Origin: Methylococcales bacterium
GTDB taxonomy: Bacteria > Pseudomonadota > Gammaproteobacteria > Methylococcales > JAZGGE01
Direction: 5' to 3'
Assembly (NCBI GenBank): GCA_036480195.1
Contig: JAZGGE010000155.1
Coordinates: 1 to 59,156 of the forward strand
DNA length: 59,156 nt
The notes under the pieces are model-generated. The model was given only the letters and a program-made list of their open reading frames with translations, was not told the DNA's origin and searched no databases. A program made the position numbers and the translations under genes. Positions 10,355 to 20,542 of this stretch are shown one piece after another (within the stretch, counting starts at the first letter, position 1; each line of letters begins with the position of its first letter).

Positions 10355-10984
10355 TCATGAAGATTCACTGGAAATACCTACCAGAAAAAACCTTGCCTGA
10401 TCGATTGCGATTTCATCGACACTAAGACCACCTTCGTGATACCACTCAATTGTTCTATTCAACATTCCTAAAAGAGAAAGCCGGAGTATTTTCAGATCGA
10501 CGCCCGGTTTTATTTCACCCTTTCTAGCCCCCTCTTCCAGTAGTTCTCGCCACAAATCTTCATAACTATTTCTTATATCGAGAGAGAGCTTTTGGATTGA
10601 TATTGGTATCTGCCCATAATTGCGAATATTGGTTGAAGTGTAGTCACCTTTTTCAAGCAGAGCTTCCAGATGCCCTTTTATAGCTTCTTCTAAAATTAGA
10701 GAAAATGGACTGTTTTCAGGTATTGAAGATATTCTGTTCTGAACATTCTGATGAATATTCTCGATGCCAATATTAAGAACCTCCAGGATCAGCGCTTCTT
10801 TGGATTCAAAATGGTAATAGAGACTTCCCGCTTTCATATTAACTGCTGAGGCGATCTCTCTGAGAGAGGTTGCGTCAAAACCATGCTGGCTGAAGAGGGC
10901 AGCGGCTGCATCTAAAATTTGTTTTCGAGACTTAGGAACCTTATTCGAAGACCGCTTTGTTTTGAGTACTGCCATCTGATTCAT
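10355..10984 (-). CDS. TetR-family transcriptional regulator
   Basis: N-terminal HTH RKQILDAAAALFSQHGFDATSLREIASAVNMKAGSLYYHF. The ORF opens with TTG at 10990 and the first ATG is at 10984. Confidence 0.85.
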   Translation of the reverse strand: MNQMAVLKTKRSSNKVPKSRKQILDAAAALFSQHGFDATSLREIASAVNMKAGSLYYHFESKEALILEVLNIGIENIHQNVQNRISSIPENSPFSLILEEAIKGHLEALLEKGDYTSTNIRNYGQIPISIQKLSLDIRNSYEDLWRELLEEGARKGEIKPGVDLKILRLSLLGMLNRTIEWYHEGGLSVDEIAIDQARFFLVGISSESS

Positions 10985-11034
10985 TCTCAAAGAATTGTTA
11001 AAGGTTGCTATAGGTATTAATCAAAATTCTAACT

Positions 11035-11057
11035 ATCATTAGTTTTAATCTAATGGT
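11035..11057. promoter_or_regulatory. Inverted repeat ATCATTAG-N7-CTAATGGT in the tetR/liuA divergent region (candidate operator)
   Basis: Read directly from the sequence, 7 of 8 arm positions complementary. Lies between the TetR gene start (10984) and liuA (11136). Confidence 0.3.
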
Positions 11058-11060
11058 ATT

Positions 11061-11076
11061 CTTTACGCTTGTAAAG
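11061..11076. promoter_or_regulatory. Inverted repeat CTTTAC-GCTT-GTAAAG upstream of liuA (candidate operator)
   Basis: Perfect 6-bp arms, 60 bp upstream of the liuA ATG. The 9-mer CTTTACGCT recurs at 8242..8250 in the gap between the acyl-CoA dehydrogenase and the CoA-transferase. Confidence 0.35.
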
Positions 11077-11135
11077 TTGATTTTCATAATTAACCAACCG
11101 GTGCTATTGACTAGCATCAAAATAGTGAGGCGACC

Positions 11136-12296
11136 ATGCCCTTTAATATCAATATTAATGAAGAAATCGATACACTGCGGGAAGCTATCAGAAAATTTGC
11201 AGAAGTTGAAGTCGCCCCCTTAGCAGAGAAAGTGGATCAGGAAAACGAGTTCCCTAATGAACTCTGGCCTAAGTTTGGTGAAATGGGTTTGCTGGGTATG
11301 ACCATCCCCGAACAATACGGCGGCACGGACATGAGCTATCTGGCACACCTGATCGCCATGGAAGAAATCTCACGTGCTTCAGCTTCGATTGCTCTTTCTT
11401 ACGGTGCATGTTCAAACTTATGCATCAACAACCTTTATCTGAACGGTAATGAAGAACAACGCAACAAATATCTGCCAAAACTCAGTTCGGGTGAACATAT
11501 AGGTGCACTAGCGATGTCTGAGTCAGGTGCGGGTTCGGATGTGGTCGGTTCAATGGCTTGCACCGCACGGAAAAAAGACAATGTCTGGATCGCCAACGGT
11601 ACAAAGATGTGGATCACTAATGGGCCGGATGCTGATGTATTGATCGTCTATATGCGCACAGCAGGCAAAGAGGCGGGATCACGCTGCATGACAGCTTTCA
11701 TCGTTGAGAAAAGTTTTAAAGGATTCAGTACCGCACAAAAACTGGATAAGTTAGGCATGCGTGGATCCAACACTTGTGAACTGGTTTTTGAAGATTGCGA
11801 AATACCTGAGGAAAATATCCTCGGGAAATTGAATGAAGGTGTTGAAGTCTTGATGAAGGGATTGAACACTGAACGCATGGTCCTCTCTGGTGGGCCGATT
11901 GGCATTATGCAGGCTGCGATGGATATTGTTCTTCCTTATATACATGAGAGAAAGCAGTTTGGAAAACCCATCGGCGTGTTTGAACTAATGCAGGGAAAAA
12001 TGGCAGATATGTATACAGCATTACAGACCTCACGTGCCTTTTCTTATCGTGTTGCCGAACAATATGATGCCGGAAATGATTCGAGAAAAGATGCTGCCGC
12101 CTGTCTACTTTTTTCTTCAGAGAATGCCGTAAAAGTTACTTTGGATGCAATCCAGACTCTGGGTGGAAATGGATATATCAATGAGTTTGCTACTGGCCGT
12201 TTGATGAGAGATGCGAAGCTTTATGATATCGGTGCAGGTACGAATGAGATCAGACGTATGTTAATCGGTCGTGAATTATTTGTAGAAACCGAGTAA
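11136..12296 (+). CDS. liuA: Isovaleryl-CoA dehydrogenase
   Basis: 386 aa. SNLCINNLYLNGNEEQRNKYLPKLSSGEHIGALAMSESGAGSDV closely resembles the IVD signature region. Heads an operon with both MCCase subunits and HMG-CoA lyase. Confidence 0.9.
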   Translation: MPFNININEEIDTLREAIRKFAEVEVAPLAEKVDQENEFPNELWPKFGEMGLLGMTIPEQYGGTDMSYLAHLIAMEEISRASASIALSYGACSNLCINNLYLNGNEEQRNKYLPKLSSGEHIGALAMSESGAGSDVVGSMACTARKKDNVWIANGTKMWITNGPDADVLIVYMRTAGKEAGSRCMTAFIVEKSFKGFSTAQKLDKLGMRGSNTCELVFEDCEIPEENILGKLNEGVEVLMKGLNTERMVLSGGPIGIMQAAMDIVLPYIHERKQFGKPIGVFELMQGKMADMYTALQTSRAFSYRVAEQYDAGNDSRKDAAACLLFSSENAVKVTLDAIQTLGGNGYINEFATGRLMRDAKLYDIGAGTNEIRRMLIGRELFVETE

Positions 12297-12316
12297 TCGG
12301 AATTAGAACTTTTTCC

Positions 12317-13498
12317 ATGAATGAAACACCCATTATCATTGCCGCAAAAAGAACACCTCTGGGTTCTTTTCAAGGTCAATTTTCGTCGCTCAAAGCCGCA
12401 GAACTTGGAGCGCCGGTGATCCGTTCTTTGATCGAGTCAACAAATATTGAAGCTGATGAAATAGATGAGCTTCATTTCGGTTGCGTATTGCCAGCCGGAC
12501 AAGGACAAGCTCCAGCGCGACAAGCTGCTTTGGATGGCGGCCTGCCATTATCTGTTCCCTGTAATACCGTGAATAAAATGTGCGGATCAGGTATGCAAAC
12601 CGTCATGTACGCCTGTAATCAAATCCTTGCCGGAGATGCAAATATTGTCATTGCCGGAGGTATGGAATCGATGACGAATGCACCTTATCTACTCCCTCAG
12701 GCGCGTGGTGGCTATCGGATCGGTAATGGTGAAATTATTGATCATATGTTTTTTGATGGCCTTCAAGACGTAAAAAAGGGACAGCTGATGGGAACATTCG
12801 CTGAACTCTGTGCTGAGAAATATGCGCTCAGCCGTGAAGTGCAGGATGACTTTGCGATCCGTTCGTTGGAACGTGCCAGAGCCGCTACAGAATCAAATGC
12901 CTTTGCGGATGAAATCGTTCCGGTTATGGTTAAAAGTCGCAAAGGTGAAACGACCTTTGACCTCGACGAGCAACCTCAGCTTTCCAATATCAACAAAATC
13001 AAAACACTACGCTCTGCCTTCAAAAAAGACGGTACGGTAACGGCAGCAAACTCATCTTCCATTTCAGATGGCGCTTCCGCAATGTTGCTCATGTCTGCTG
13101 CTGAAGCTGAAAAACGTGATCTTAAACCACTGGCCAGAATAATCGGACAAGTGACTCATGCACAAGATCCTGACTGGTTTACCACTGCTCCGATCTATGC
13201 CATTGAAAAGTTACTTAAAAAAATAAACTGGCAAATCAATGATGTTGATCTATACGAAATCAATGAAGCCTTTGCCGTTGTCACGATGGTTGCGATCAAC
13301 GAACTAGGACTTGATCCAGATAAGGTTAATGTCAATGGTGGAGCTTGCGCATTGGGTCATCCTATTGGCGCATCCGGAACTAGAATTCTGACCACACTGG
13401 TACATGCTCTGAAAAAGCGTGGTCTTAAAAAAGGTATCGCCAGCCTCTGTATTGGTGGCGGAGAAGCGACTGCGATGGCGATAGAAATTATCGACTAA
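12317..13498 (+). CDS. Acetyl-CoA C-acetyltransferase (thiolase II)
   Basis: 393 aa. Active-site Cys block VNKMCGSGMQ and C-terminal GGACALGHPIGASG...CIGGGEATAMAIE. Confidence 0.9.
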   Translation: MNETPIIIAAKRTPLGSFQGQFSSLKAAELGAPVIRSLIESTNIEADEIDELHFGCVLPAGQGQAPARQAALDGGLPLSVPCNTVNKMCGSGMQTVMYACNQILAGDANIVIAGGMESMTNAPYLLPQARGGYRIGNGEIIDHMFFDGLQDVKKGQLMGTFAELCAEKYALSREVQDDFAIRSLERARAATESNAFADEIVPVMVKSRKGETTFDLDEQPQLSNINKIKTLRSAFKKDGTVTAANSSSISDGASAMLLMSAAEAEKRDLKPLARIIGQVTHAQDPDWFTTAPIYAIEKLLKKINWQINDVDLYEINEAFAVVTMVAINELGLDPDKVNVNGGACALGHPIGASGTRILTTLVHALKKRGLKKGIASLCIGGGEATAMAIEIID

Positions 13499-13537
13499 CT
13501 ATTAATAGAAATGCCCAAATAAAAAAGGTAGTAACCC

Positions 13538-15145
13538 ATGCCCACTATTCAATCAAAACTGGACACAAACTCAAGCGATTTTAATGATAATCGTGAAAAG
13601 ATGATGTCTCTTGTTGATGAACTAAAAGACAAGATTAATCTGGCTGCTGAAGGCGGTGGCGAACGTTCACGGAAAAAACATCTGTCTCGTGACAAACTTC
13701 TGCCGAGAGATCGCATAAAAGTTTTACTTGATCCTGGCAGTCCATTTCTGGAATTTTCACAACTTGCCGCGCATGAAATGTACGAAGGTAATGCTCCTGC
13801 TGCCGGTATTATCACAGGTATAGGTCGCGTACATGGCACCGAAGTGATGGTTGTTGCGAATGATGCCACGGTAAAAGGCGGTACTTATTATCCATTGACC
13901 GTAAAAAAACATTTGCGTGCGCAGGAAATTGCTCGTGAAAACCACCTGCCCTGTATTTATCTGGTGGACTCCGGTGGAGCCTTTCTACCACTTCAACATG
14001 AAGTTTTTCCTGACAAAGAACATTTTGGCCGAATCTTTTTCAATCAAACTAATCTGTCTGCAATGGGTATCCCGCAAATTGCAGTAGTCATGGGATCATG
14101 TACGGCTGGTGGAGCCTACATTCCGGCATTATGTGACGAATCAATTATCGTAAAACAACAGGGAACGATCTTTCTCGGTGGTCCACCACTTGTCAAAGCT
14201 GCTACTGGTGAAGTGGTTAGCGCTGAAGAACTGGGTGGTGCGGATGTGCATTGCAGAGAATCTGGTGTCACGGATCATATGGCAGAAGATGATACACATG
14301 CACTTTCTATCGCCAGAGATATTATTTCGCATCTTAATGATCGAAAACAAATACCTGCAAAATTGCGAGAGTCTCGTGAACCACTCTTTCCTGTGGAAGA
14401 TATTCTGGGTGTGATTCCAAAAGATGCACGTCAGCCTTTTGAAGTACGCGAAATCATCGCACGTCTGGTTGATGGATCAGAATTTCAGGAATTCAAGCCT
14501 CTTTATGGTAGCACTTTAGTCTGCGGATTTGCTCACATACATGGTTATCCTGTCGGTATTATTGCCAACAACGGCATTCTATTTTCACCTTCAGCACTGA
14601 AAGGCACGCACTTTATCGAACTTTGTAACCAACGCGGGATCCCTCTGTTATTTTTACAAAACATCACTGGCTTTATGGTTGGTCAAAAATACGAGCATGA
14701 GGGCATTGCAAAAAATGGTGCGAAAATGGTAACCGCCGTTTCCTGTGCACAAGTACCCAAGTTTACAGTGCTCATAGGTGGTTCGTATGGTGCTGGAAAC
14801 TACGGCATGTGTGGACGAGCTTTCGGTGCGCGCATGCTCTGGAGTTGGCCAAATTCGCGCATCTCGACGATGGGTGGCGAACAGGCCGCTTCTGTACTGG
14901 CGACAGTGCGTCGTGACATCATCGAAGGCAGAAATGAAGAATGGTCAGATGAAGAAGAGCAAGCTTTCAGGAAACCGATACTTGAGCAGTATGAAGAACA
15001 GAGTGATCCATACTTCGCCACTGCCCGACTCTGGGATGATGGCATTATCGATCCACGAGAGACAAGAACCGTTCTTGGACTTGCACTCGCCACAGCAATG
15101 AACGCGCCGATCGAGAAAACCGATTACGGCATATTCCGGATGTAA
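13538..15145 (+). CDS. liuB: Methylcrotonyl-CoA carboxylase, carboxyltransferase (beta) subunit
   Basis: 535 aa carboxyltransferase-domain protein in liu operon context. Confidence 0.9.
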   Translation: MPTIQSKLDTNSSDFNDNREKMMSLVDELKDKINLAAEGGGERSRKKHLSRDKLLPRDRIKVLLDPGSPFLEFSQLAAHEMYEGNAPAAGIITGIGRVHGTEVMVVANDATVKGGTYYPLTVKKHLRAQEIARENHLPCIYLVDSGGAFLPLQHEVFPDKEHFGRIFFNQTNLSAMGIPQIAVVMGSCTAGGAYIPALCDESIIVKQQGTIFLGGPPLVKAATGEVVSAEELGGADVHCRESGVTDHMAEDDTHALSIARDIISHLNDRKQIPAKLRESREPLFPVEDILGVIPKDARQPFEVREIIARLVDGSEFQEFKPLYGSTLVCGFAHIHGYPVGIIANNGILFSPSALKGTHFIELCNQRGIPLLFLQNITGFMVGQKYEHEGIAKNGAKMVTAVSCAQVPKFTVLIGGSYGAGNYGMCGRAFGARMLWSWPNSRISTMGGEQAASVLATVRRDIIEGRNEEWSDEEEQAFRKPILEQYEEQSDPYFATARLWDDGIIDPRETRTVLGLALATAMNAPIEKTDYGIFRM

Positions 15146-15162
15146 TAATTAGGGATTAAGAC

Positions 15163-17181
15163 ATGTTTAAAAAAGTTCTGATAGCAAACCGCGGTGAAAT
15201 TGCCTGCCGAATCATTTTAACCCTAAGAAAAATGGGGATCACTAGCGTTGCGATTTACTCTGACGCTGATCGTGATGCACGACATACCAAGCTCGCTGAC
15301 GAAGCCTTTTACGTCGGTGGATCTCGTCCGGATGAATCTTATCTACGGTCAGATACGATTCTGGAAATAGCCCAACGTGAAAATATCGATGCCATTCATC
15401 CTGGTTATGGTTTTTTATCGGAGAATAGTAAGTTTGCCAGCGCCTGCGCAAAAGCCGGTGTAGTCTTTATCGGCCCACGTGCTGAATCTATCGACAAAAT
15501 GGGTGCCAAAGATGCAGCGAAAGTATTAATGGAAGCTGCTGATGTTCCTGTCGTTCCCGGTTATCATGGGAAGAATCAGGATCCTGCTTTTCTTAAAGAT
15601 GAAGCAGAGAAAGTTGGATTTCCATTGCTGATCAAAGCGGTTTCTGGCGGCGGCGGTAAAGGTATGCGCGTAGTAGTAGTAAGCAGTACCTTCCTCGACC
15701 ACCTCGATTCTGTCAAACGCGAAGCCCTGAATGCTTTCAGCGATGATCGAGTTCTGCTTGAACGTTATATTACAAAACCACGGCATATTGAATTTCAGGT
15801 TTTTGGTGATACACACGGTAATTATGTTCATCTGCATGAGCGTGAGTGTTCCTTACAACGTCGACACCAGAAGATCCTTGAAGAAACACCCTCCCCTTTT
15901 CTTGATGATAAAACCCGTGAGGCAATGGGCATAGCTGCTGTCAATGCTGCACGTGCTATCCAATACGAAGGCGCTGGCACAATTGAATTTATCGTCGGAG
16001 ATGATAAAGCTTTTTACTTCATGGAAATGAATACCCGCTTGCAGGTAGAACATCCCGTTACCGAAATGGTGACCGGACAAGATCTGGTTAAATGGCAATT
16101 ACTCGTTGCCTCTGGTGAAGCACTACCATTAAAACAGGAAGAAATTTCCAGCAGTGGTCATTCGATTGAGACACGAATTTACGCTGAAAACCCTTACAAT
16201 CAATTCCTGCCATCAACTGGGCAACTACATCGTTTGCGTTTTCCGGAAAGAAATATTAACTGCCGTGTTGAGACCGGCATTGATGAAAAAGATGTCATCA
16301 GTGTTTTCTATGATCCCATGATCGCCAAGCTGGTTGTCTGGGGTGATGATCGTGAAACTGCCCGAATGCGACTACTCAAAGCATTGGGTGAAAGTGGCAT
16401 TATGGGAGTCGAAAATAATATTTCATTTCTGGAAAGGCTGATCAACCATCCTCATTTCATTGAAAATGCTATCGACACTCAATATATTGATACAAATCTT
16501 GAGACACTTCTCAGTGACAGCGAACTTGAATTACCACAGGAAGTTTTACTTGCCGCGAGCGTTCATTTACTACTTGATCAACAAAAAGAAAATAGCCGGA
16601 AGGCTGCCAGCTCACAAGAATCAAACTCACCGTGGTTTGATACAACTGGCTGGCGACTAAATGAACTAAGTACACGCAGCCTTTTCTTCCATGATCCGGA
16701 AAACCCTGAAGATGACAATATAGAAATTGAAGTGACTGAACACGAAAATCATTTCATCTTCCATCTTGAAAATGAACTGGACGTGCTGGTTGAAGAAGTG
16801 GGTAAAGGTGATCTGCGAATACAGATCAATGGTAGCTGGCAGAACTTCCGTATTTTACAACAAGATGAAAACCTACAAATCTCATATCAGCATCACTGGT
16901 ATCCACTCACAATTGTTAATCCTTTTGTCGCTGATCTTTCCGCTCAGGATGTGACCACCAATATCAAGGCTCCAATGCCGGGCATGATATTTAAGATGCT
17001 TGTGAAAAATGGTGAGTCTGTCAGTGAAGGACAACCTCTGGCAATTATTGAAGCAATGAAAATGGAACACACACTAACCGCTCCTACTGATTGTGTTATC
17101 GAAGAAGTGCGTTATCCGGAAGGTGAGTTTGTCGAAGCTGATATGATTCTGATCACTTTTGTCGATGACGCTGAGAGTTGA
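15163..17181 (+). CDS. liuD: Methylcrotonyl-CoA carboxylase, biotin carboxylase/BCCP (alpha) subunit
   Basis: 672 aa. N-terminal biotin carboxylase (KVLIANRGEIACR, ATP-grasp) and a C-terminal biotinyl-lysine motif IIEAMKMEH. Confidence 0.9.
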   Translation: MFKKVLIANRGEIACRIILTLRKMGITSVAIYSDADRDARHTKLADEAFYVGGSRPDESYLRSDTILEIAQRENIDAIHPGYGFLSENSKFASACAKAGVVFIGPRAESIDKMGAKDAAKVLMEAADVPVVPGYHGKNQDPAFLKDEAEKVGFPLLIKAVSGGGGKGMRVVVVSSTFLDHLDSVKREALNAFSDDRVLLERYITKPRHIEFQVFGDTHGNYVHLHERECSLQRRHQKILEETPSPFLDDKTREAMGIAAVNAARAIQYEGAGTIEFIVGDDKAFYFMEMNTRLQVEHPVTEMVTGQDLVKWQLLVASGEALPLKQEEISSSGHSIETRIYAENPYNQFLPSTGQLHRLRFPERNINCRVETGIDEKDVISVFYDPMIAKLVVWGDDRETARMRLLKALGESGIMGVENNISFLERLINHPHFIENAIDTQYIDTNLETLLSDSELELPQEVLLAASVHLLLDQQKENSRKAASSQESNSPWFDTTGWRLNELSTRSLFFHDPENPEDDNIEIEVTEHENHFIFHLENELDVLVEEVGKGDLRIQINGSWQNFRILQQDENLQISYQHHWYPLTIVNPFVADLSAQDVTTNIKAPMPGMIFKMLVKNGESVSEGQPLAIIEAMKMEHTLTAPTDCVIEEVRYPEGEFVEADMILITFVDDAES

Positions 17182-17199
17182 AGAGATCCTTAAATTATC

Positions 17200-18108
17200 A
17201 TGAGTAAAAATTATCCTGATCAAGTCAGAGTAATGGAGGTTTCTCCACGTGATGGGCTACAGAACATCAGTGCAGAAATTCCCACTGCGACAAAAATTGA
17301 ACTGATCAATAGACTCATAGATGCGGGCATAAAAGAGCTGGAAGTCGCCAGTTTTGTTAACCCGAAATGGGTGCCACAAATGGCAGATGCAGAACAGGTT
17401 CTTGCCGATCTTCACCCCCGTGATGATGTCTCACATATCGTTTTAACACCCAACTTAAAGGGACTGGAAAGAGCGCTTGACTCTGGTGTTAAAAACGTCG
17501 CTGTCTTTACCGCAGTGTCAGAATCATTCACGAAAAAGAATACCAACTGCACTATCGATGAATCCTTACAACGCATCGAAGATCAGATGAAATTAGCACT
17601 GGATAATGATGTCACTGTACGTGGTTATGTTTCCTGCGTTCTGGGTTGCCCCTATGAAGGTGACATCTCTTTTAAAGAAGTGGCACGGATTAGCAAAGCT
17701 CTGCTGGACATGGGCTGTTATGAAGTTTCACTCGGAGACACCATTGGAATTGGTACACCACTAAAAGCGCAGGCAATGCTGGAAATCGTTTTGGAACTTG
17801 TATCTGTCGAAAAGCTTGCGCTTCATTTCCATGACACACGAGGTCAGGCACTAGCGAATATCTTAGCCTGTCTCGAATATGGTGTTTCCTGCATTGATGC
17901 TTCCGTGGCAGGACTTGGAGGATGCCCTTATGCAAAAGGTGCATCAGGTAATGTCGCAACAGAAGATGTGATCTACATGCTCCACGGCATGGGTATTCAA
18001 ACAGGCATTGATTTGGAAAAACTGGCTGCTGCAGGTCACTATGTTACTGAAGAATTAGGTGTCCAGAACCATAGCCATGTTGGAAATGTTTATTTAAGGA
18101 ACAACTGA
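17200..18108 (+). CDS. liuE: Hydroxymethylglutaryl-CoA lyase
   Basis: 302 aa. EVSPRDGLQN N-terminal motif, HFHDTRG, and GLGGCPYAKGASGNVATED. Confidence 0.9.
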   Translation: MSKNYPDQVRVMEVSPRDGLQNISAEIPTATKIELINRLIDAGIKELEVASFVNPKWVPQMADAEQVLADLHPRDDVSHIVLTPNLKGLERALDSGVKNVAVFTAVSESFTKKNTNCTIDESLQRIEDQMKLALDNDVTVRGYVSCVLGCPYEGDISFKEVARISKALLDMGCYEVSLGDTIGIGTPLKAQAMLEIVLELVSVEKLALHFHDTRGQALANILACLEYGVSCIDASVAGLGGCPYAKGASGNVATEDVIYMLHGMGIQTGIDLEKLAAAGHYVTEELGVQNHSHVGNVYLRNN

Positions 18109-18126
18109 TCACGTTATCTTTAGATC

Positions 18127-18897
18127 ATGAATAAACTACAACTTGGAAATGATGCAAGCATCGCCTATCAAGAAATTCCGGGTAACAAAAATAATCTCTA
18201 CCTTCTGTTTCTCCACGAAGGACTGGGTTGTATCGAAATGTGGAAGAAATTTCCCGAACAATTATGTGAATTACTCGATTGTCAGGGAATTGTTTATGAG
18301 CGACAAGGCTATGGAAACTCATCACCACTTAAGAAAAAAAGGGCAATTAACTATCACGATTATTATGCTCTGAATGAGCTCCCTAAAGTTATTTCAAAAC
18401 TACTTCCTGACTCACCTTATTTCGTGATCGGACATTCTGATGGGGGAACAATTGGTTTGATTCATGCGTCAAACCAACCAAAGAATCTTCTTGGTGTCAT
18501 TACGGAAGCAGCACATGTTTTTGTTGAACCGGAAACCATCGCAGGTATAGAAAAAGTAACTAAAACTTACACTAAAGGTTTCAATGATTTACTAAAAAAA
18601 TATCATGGTGAAAAGACAGATCGAATGTTTTATGCCTGGTCAGACACATGGCTATCTGATGAGTTCATAGACTGGGATATTCAACACTGTTTATCACAGA
18701 TCGCCTGCCCTCTATATGTCATGCAGGGCAAGCAAGATCAATATGGAACCGAAAATCAGGTGATGGCGATCGTTAATCAGACTGGTGGAAAGGCTGATGC
18801 TTTTTTAATAAATAATTGTGATCACAGTCCTCATAATGAACAACGAAAAATAGTACTGGAAAAAATGGAATTCTTTATAAGAGAGCACTATTTATAA
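18127..18897 (+). CDS. Alpha/beta-fold hydrolase
   Basis: 256 aa. Nucleophile elbow GHSDGG, HEGLG oxyanion region, late His (DHSPH). 18 bp after liuE on the same strand. Confidence 0.75.
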   Translation: MNKLQLGNDASIAYQEIPGNKNNLYLLFLHEGLGCIEMWKKFPEQLCELLDCQGIVYERQGYGNSSPLKKKRAINYHDYYALNELPKVISKLLPDSPYFVIGHSDGGTIGLIHASNQPKNLLGVITEAAHVFVEPETIAGIEKVTKTYTKGFNDLLKKYHGEKTDRMFYAWSDTWLSDEFIDWDIQHCLSQIACPLYVMQGKQDQYGTENQVMAIVNQTGGKADAFLINNCDHSPHNEQRKIVLEKMEFFIREHYL

Positions 18898-19016
18898 ATA
18901 TCATTTACGAAAACTATGATAACCAGTTTGATACTTCAATTTAGAGATACTCTGTTCAATTAGTGGAAGAATTATTCAGAGGCTCTTTAAAATAATTAAT
19001 TCAAAAGGAGAAAGAT

Positions 19017-19739
19017 ATGCGCATATTAGTGATGCTATATGGGGTAGCAAGTTATTTTTTATTTTTTGCTGTCTTTGTCTATTTTATTGGCTTTGTTGGT
19101 GATGTTTTCGTACCAAAATCTATTTCTTCTGAAGCATTAATGAATTCAAATAATGCGCTGCTTATCAATATAGGTCTGATAGCATTATTTGGTATTCAAC
19201 ACTCAATAATGGCTCGCGACTGGTTTAAGGAAGCAATTGCCAGCATTGTTCCTCATCATATGGAAAGAAGCACCTTTGTGTTAGTTTCAACAATTGTTCT
19301 AGCTGCTCTGATGTACTTCTGGCAGCCTATGGCAGGTATTATATGGCAGATTGAAAATACTCTGGTACAAAAAATTATCTGGGTAGTCTTTGGTATAGGC
19401 TGGGCTTTGATTTTTATCTCTACTTTCTTAACCGATCATTTTGATTTATTTGGTTTACGTCAGTCATGGCTACATTTTGTTAAAAAAACATATACTCCTG
19501 TAAGATTTACCGAACGATTAGTTTATCGCTGGATCAGACACCCGATGATGCTGGGTATAGTCATTGCATTCTGGGCCGTACCAACAATGACCACCGGACA
19601 TCTCGTGTTTTCTATTGGTATGACATTCTACGTATTGATCGGCATACATTTTGAGGAAAAAGGACTGGCCAAGTCAATTGGACCCCTTTATAAGGAATAC
19701 CAGAGTAGGACATCAAAAATCATACCGAAAATTCATTAA
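19017..19739 (+). CDS. ICMT/nurim-family integral-membrane methyltransferase (MddA-like)
   Basis: 240 aa with several hydrophobic helices. C-terminal block WIRHPMMLGIVIAFWAVPTMTTGHLVFSIGMTFYVLIGIHFEEKGL resembles the RHP...G...W..P.MT.GHL block I recall from the nurim / methanethiol S-methyltransferase family. Confidence 0.6.
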   Translation: MRILVMLYGVASYFLFFAVFVYFIGFVGDVFVPKSISSEALMNSNNALLINIGLIALFGIQHSIMARDWFKEAIASIVPHHMERSTFVLVSTIVLAALMYFWQPMAGIIWQIENTLVQKIIWVVFGIGWALIFISTFLTDHFDLFGLRQSWLHFVKKTYTPVRFTERLVYRWIRHPMMLGIVIAFWAVPTMTTGHLVFSIGMTFYVLIGIHFEEKGLAKSIGPLYKEYQSRTSKIIPKIH

Positions 19740-19751
19740 CAAGGCTTGCAA

Positions 19752-20330
19752 ATGGAGATTCCTCACAAAGAACTTCAATCATTCATCACTGGTGCTGCAC
19801 AAATAAAAAAAGGTCTGCCACCCGTTGAGAAATGGGAACCCGATTTCTGTGGTGACATTGATATGCTCATTAAACGCGACGGCAGTTGGTTTTATATGGG
19901 AACCCCCATCGTTAGAAAAGAATTGGTTAGACTTTTTTCAACCATCCTGCGCAAAGATAAAGATGGGAAAACCTATCTGGTTACACCCGGAGAGAAAGTT
20001 GGTATCACTGTTGAAGATGCACCTTTCCTCGCGGTGGAAATGAGTTGTCAAGGTACTGGCAAAGAACAAATTTTAACGTTTCGTTCTAACGTCAACGATG
20101 TAATCATCGCCGGCCATGAAAACTCTTTACGTTTTGAAATCGATAATGAGAATGAAGGTTTAAAACCTTATATTCTGGTTAGAGGTCGCTTAGAGGCCTT
20201 GCTTACACGTGCAATAACTCTTGATTTAATTGCATTGGGTCAAGAGGTAGTACTCAATGGGAAAAGCTACTTTGTAATTTACTCGCAAGGCGTGTTATTT
20301 CCAATCATGCCTGTAGATGAGCTACTCTGA
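19752..20330 (+). CDS. DUF1285-family protein
   Basis: PPVEKWEPDFCGDIDMLIKRDGSWFYMGTPIVRKELVRLFSTILRKD matches my memory of the DUF1285 core. The ORF opens with TTG at 19746 and the ATG is at 19752. Confidence 0.6.
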   Translation: MEIPHKELQSFITGAAQIKKGLPPVEKWEPDFCGDIDMLIKRDGSWFYMGTPIVRKELVRLFSTILRKDKDGKTYLVTPGEKVGITVEDAPFLAVEMSCQGTGKEQILTFRSNVNDVIIAGHENSLRFEIDNENEGLKPYILVRGRLEALLTRAITLDLIALGQEVVLNGKSYFVIYSQGVLFPIMPVDELL

Positions 20331-20528
20331 CAATTTTAGAAATACACTTAGCCGCCAACTCCTACAATGAAGATGATTACGAGTACAAATAGAAATTAAG
20401 AGTACGACGGCTCAATAATAGAGAAAAAAGTATAAAAATACTATGCACACTTTAATTTTTTCCCAATAACTTAGCTACCGAGGAATCAGATTAAATTCCT
20501 TACCAGTTTAATGCAGACATCATTCCGT

Positions 20529-20542
20529 TTACGTAAAAGTGA
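20529..20542. promoter_or_regulatory. ACGT-N2-ACGT-type palindrome TTACGTAAAAGTGA upstream of etfBA (candidate LiuR-type operator)
   Basis: 128 bp upstream of the etfB ATG, with one mismatch to the TYACGT-NN-ACGTRA pattern. It overlaps a perfect 10-bp palindrome TTTACGTAAA at 20528..20537. Confidence 0.4.
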
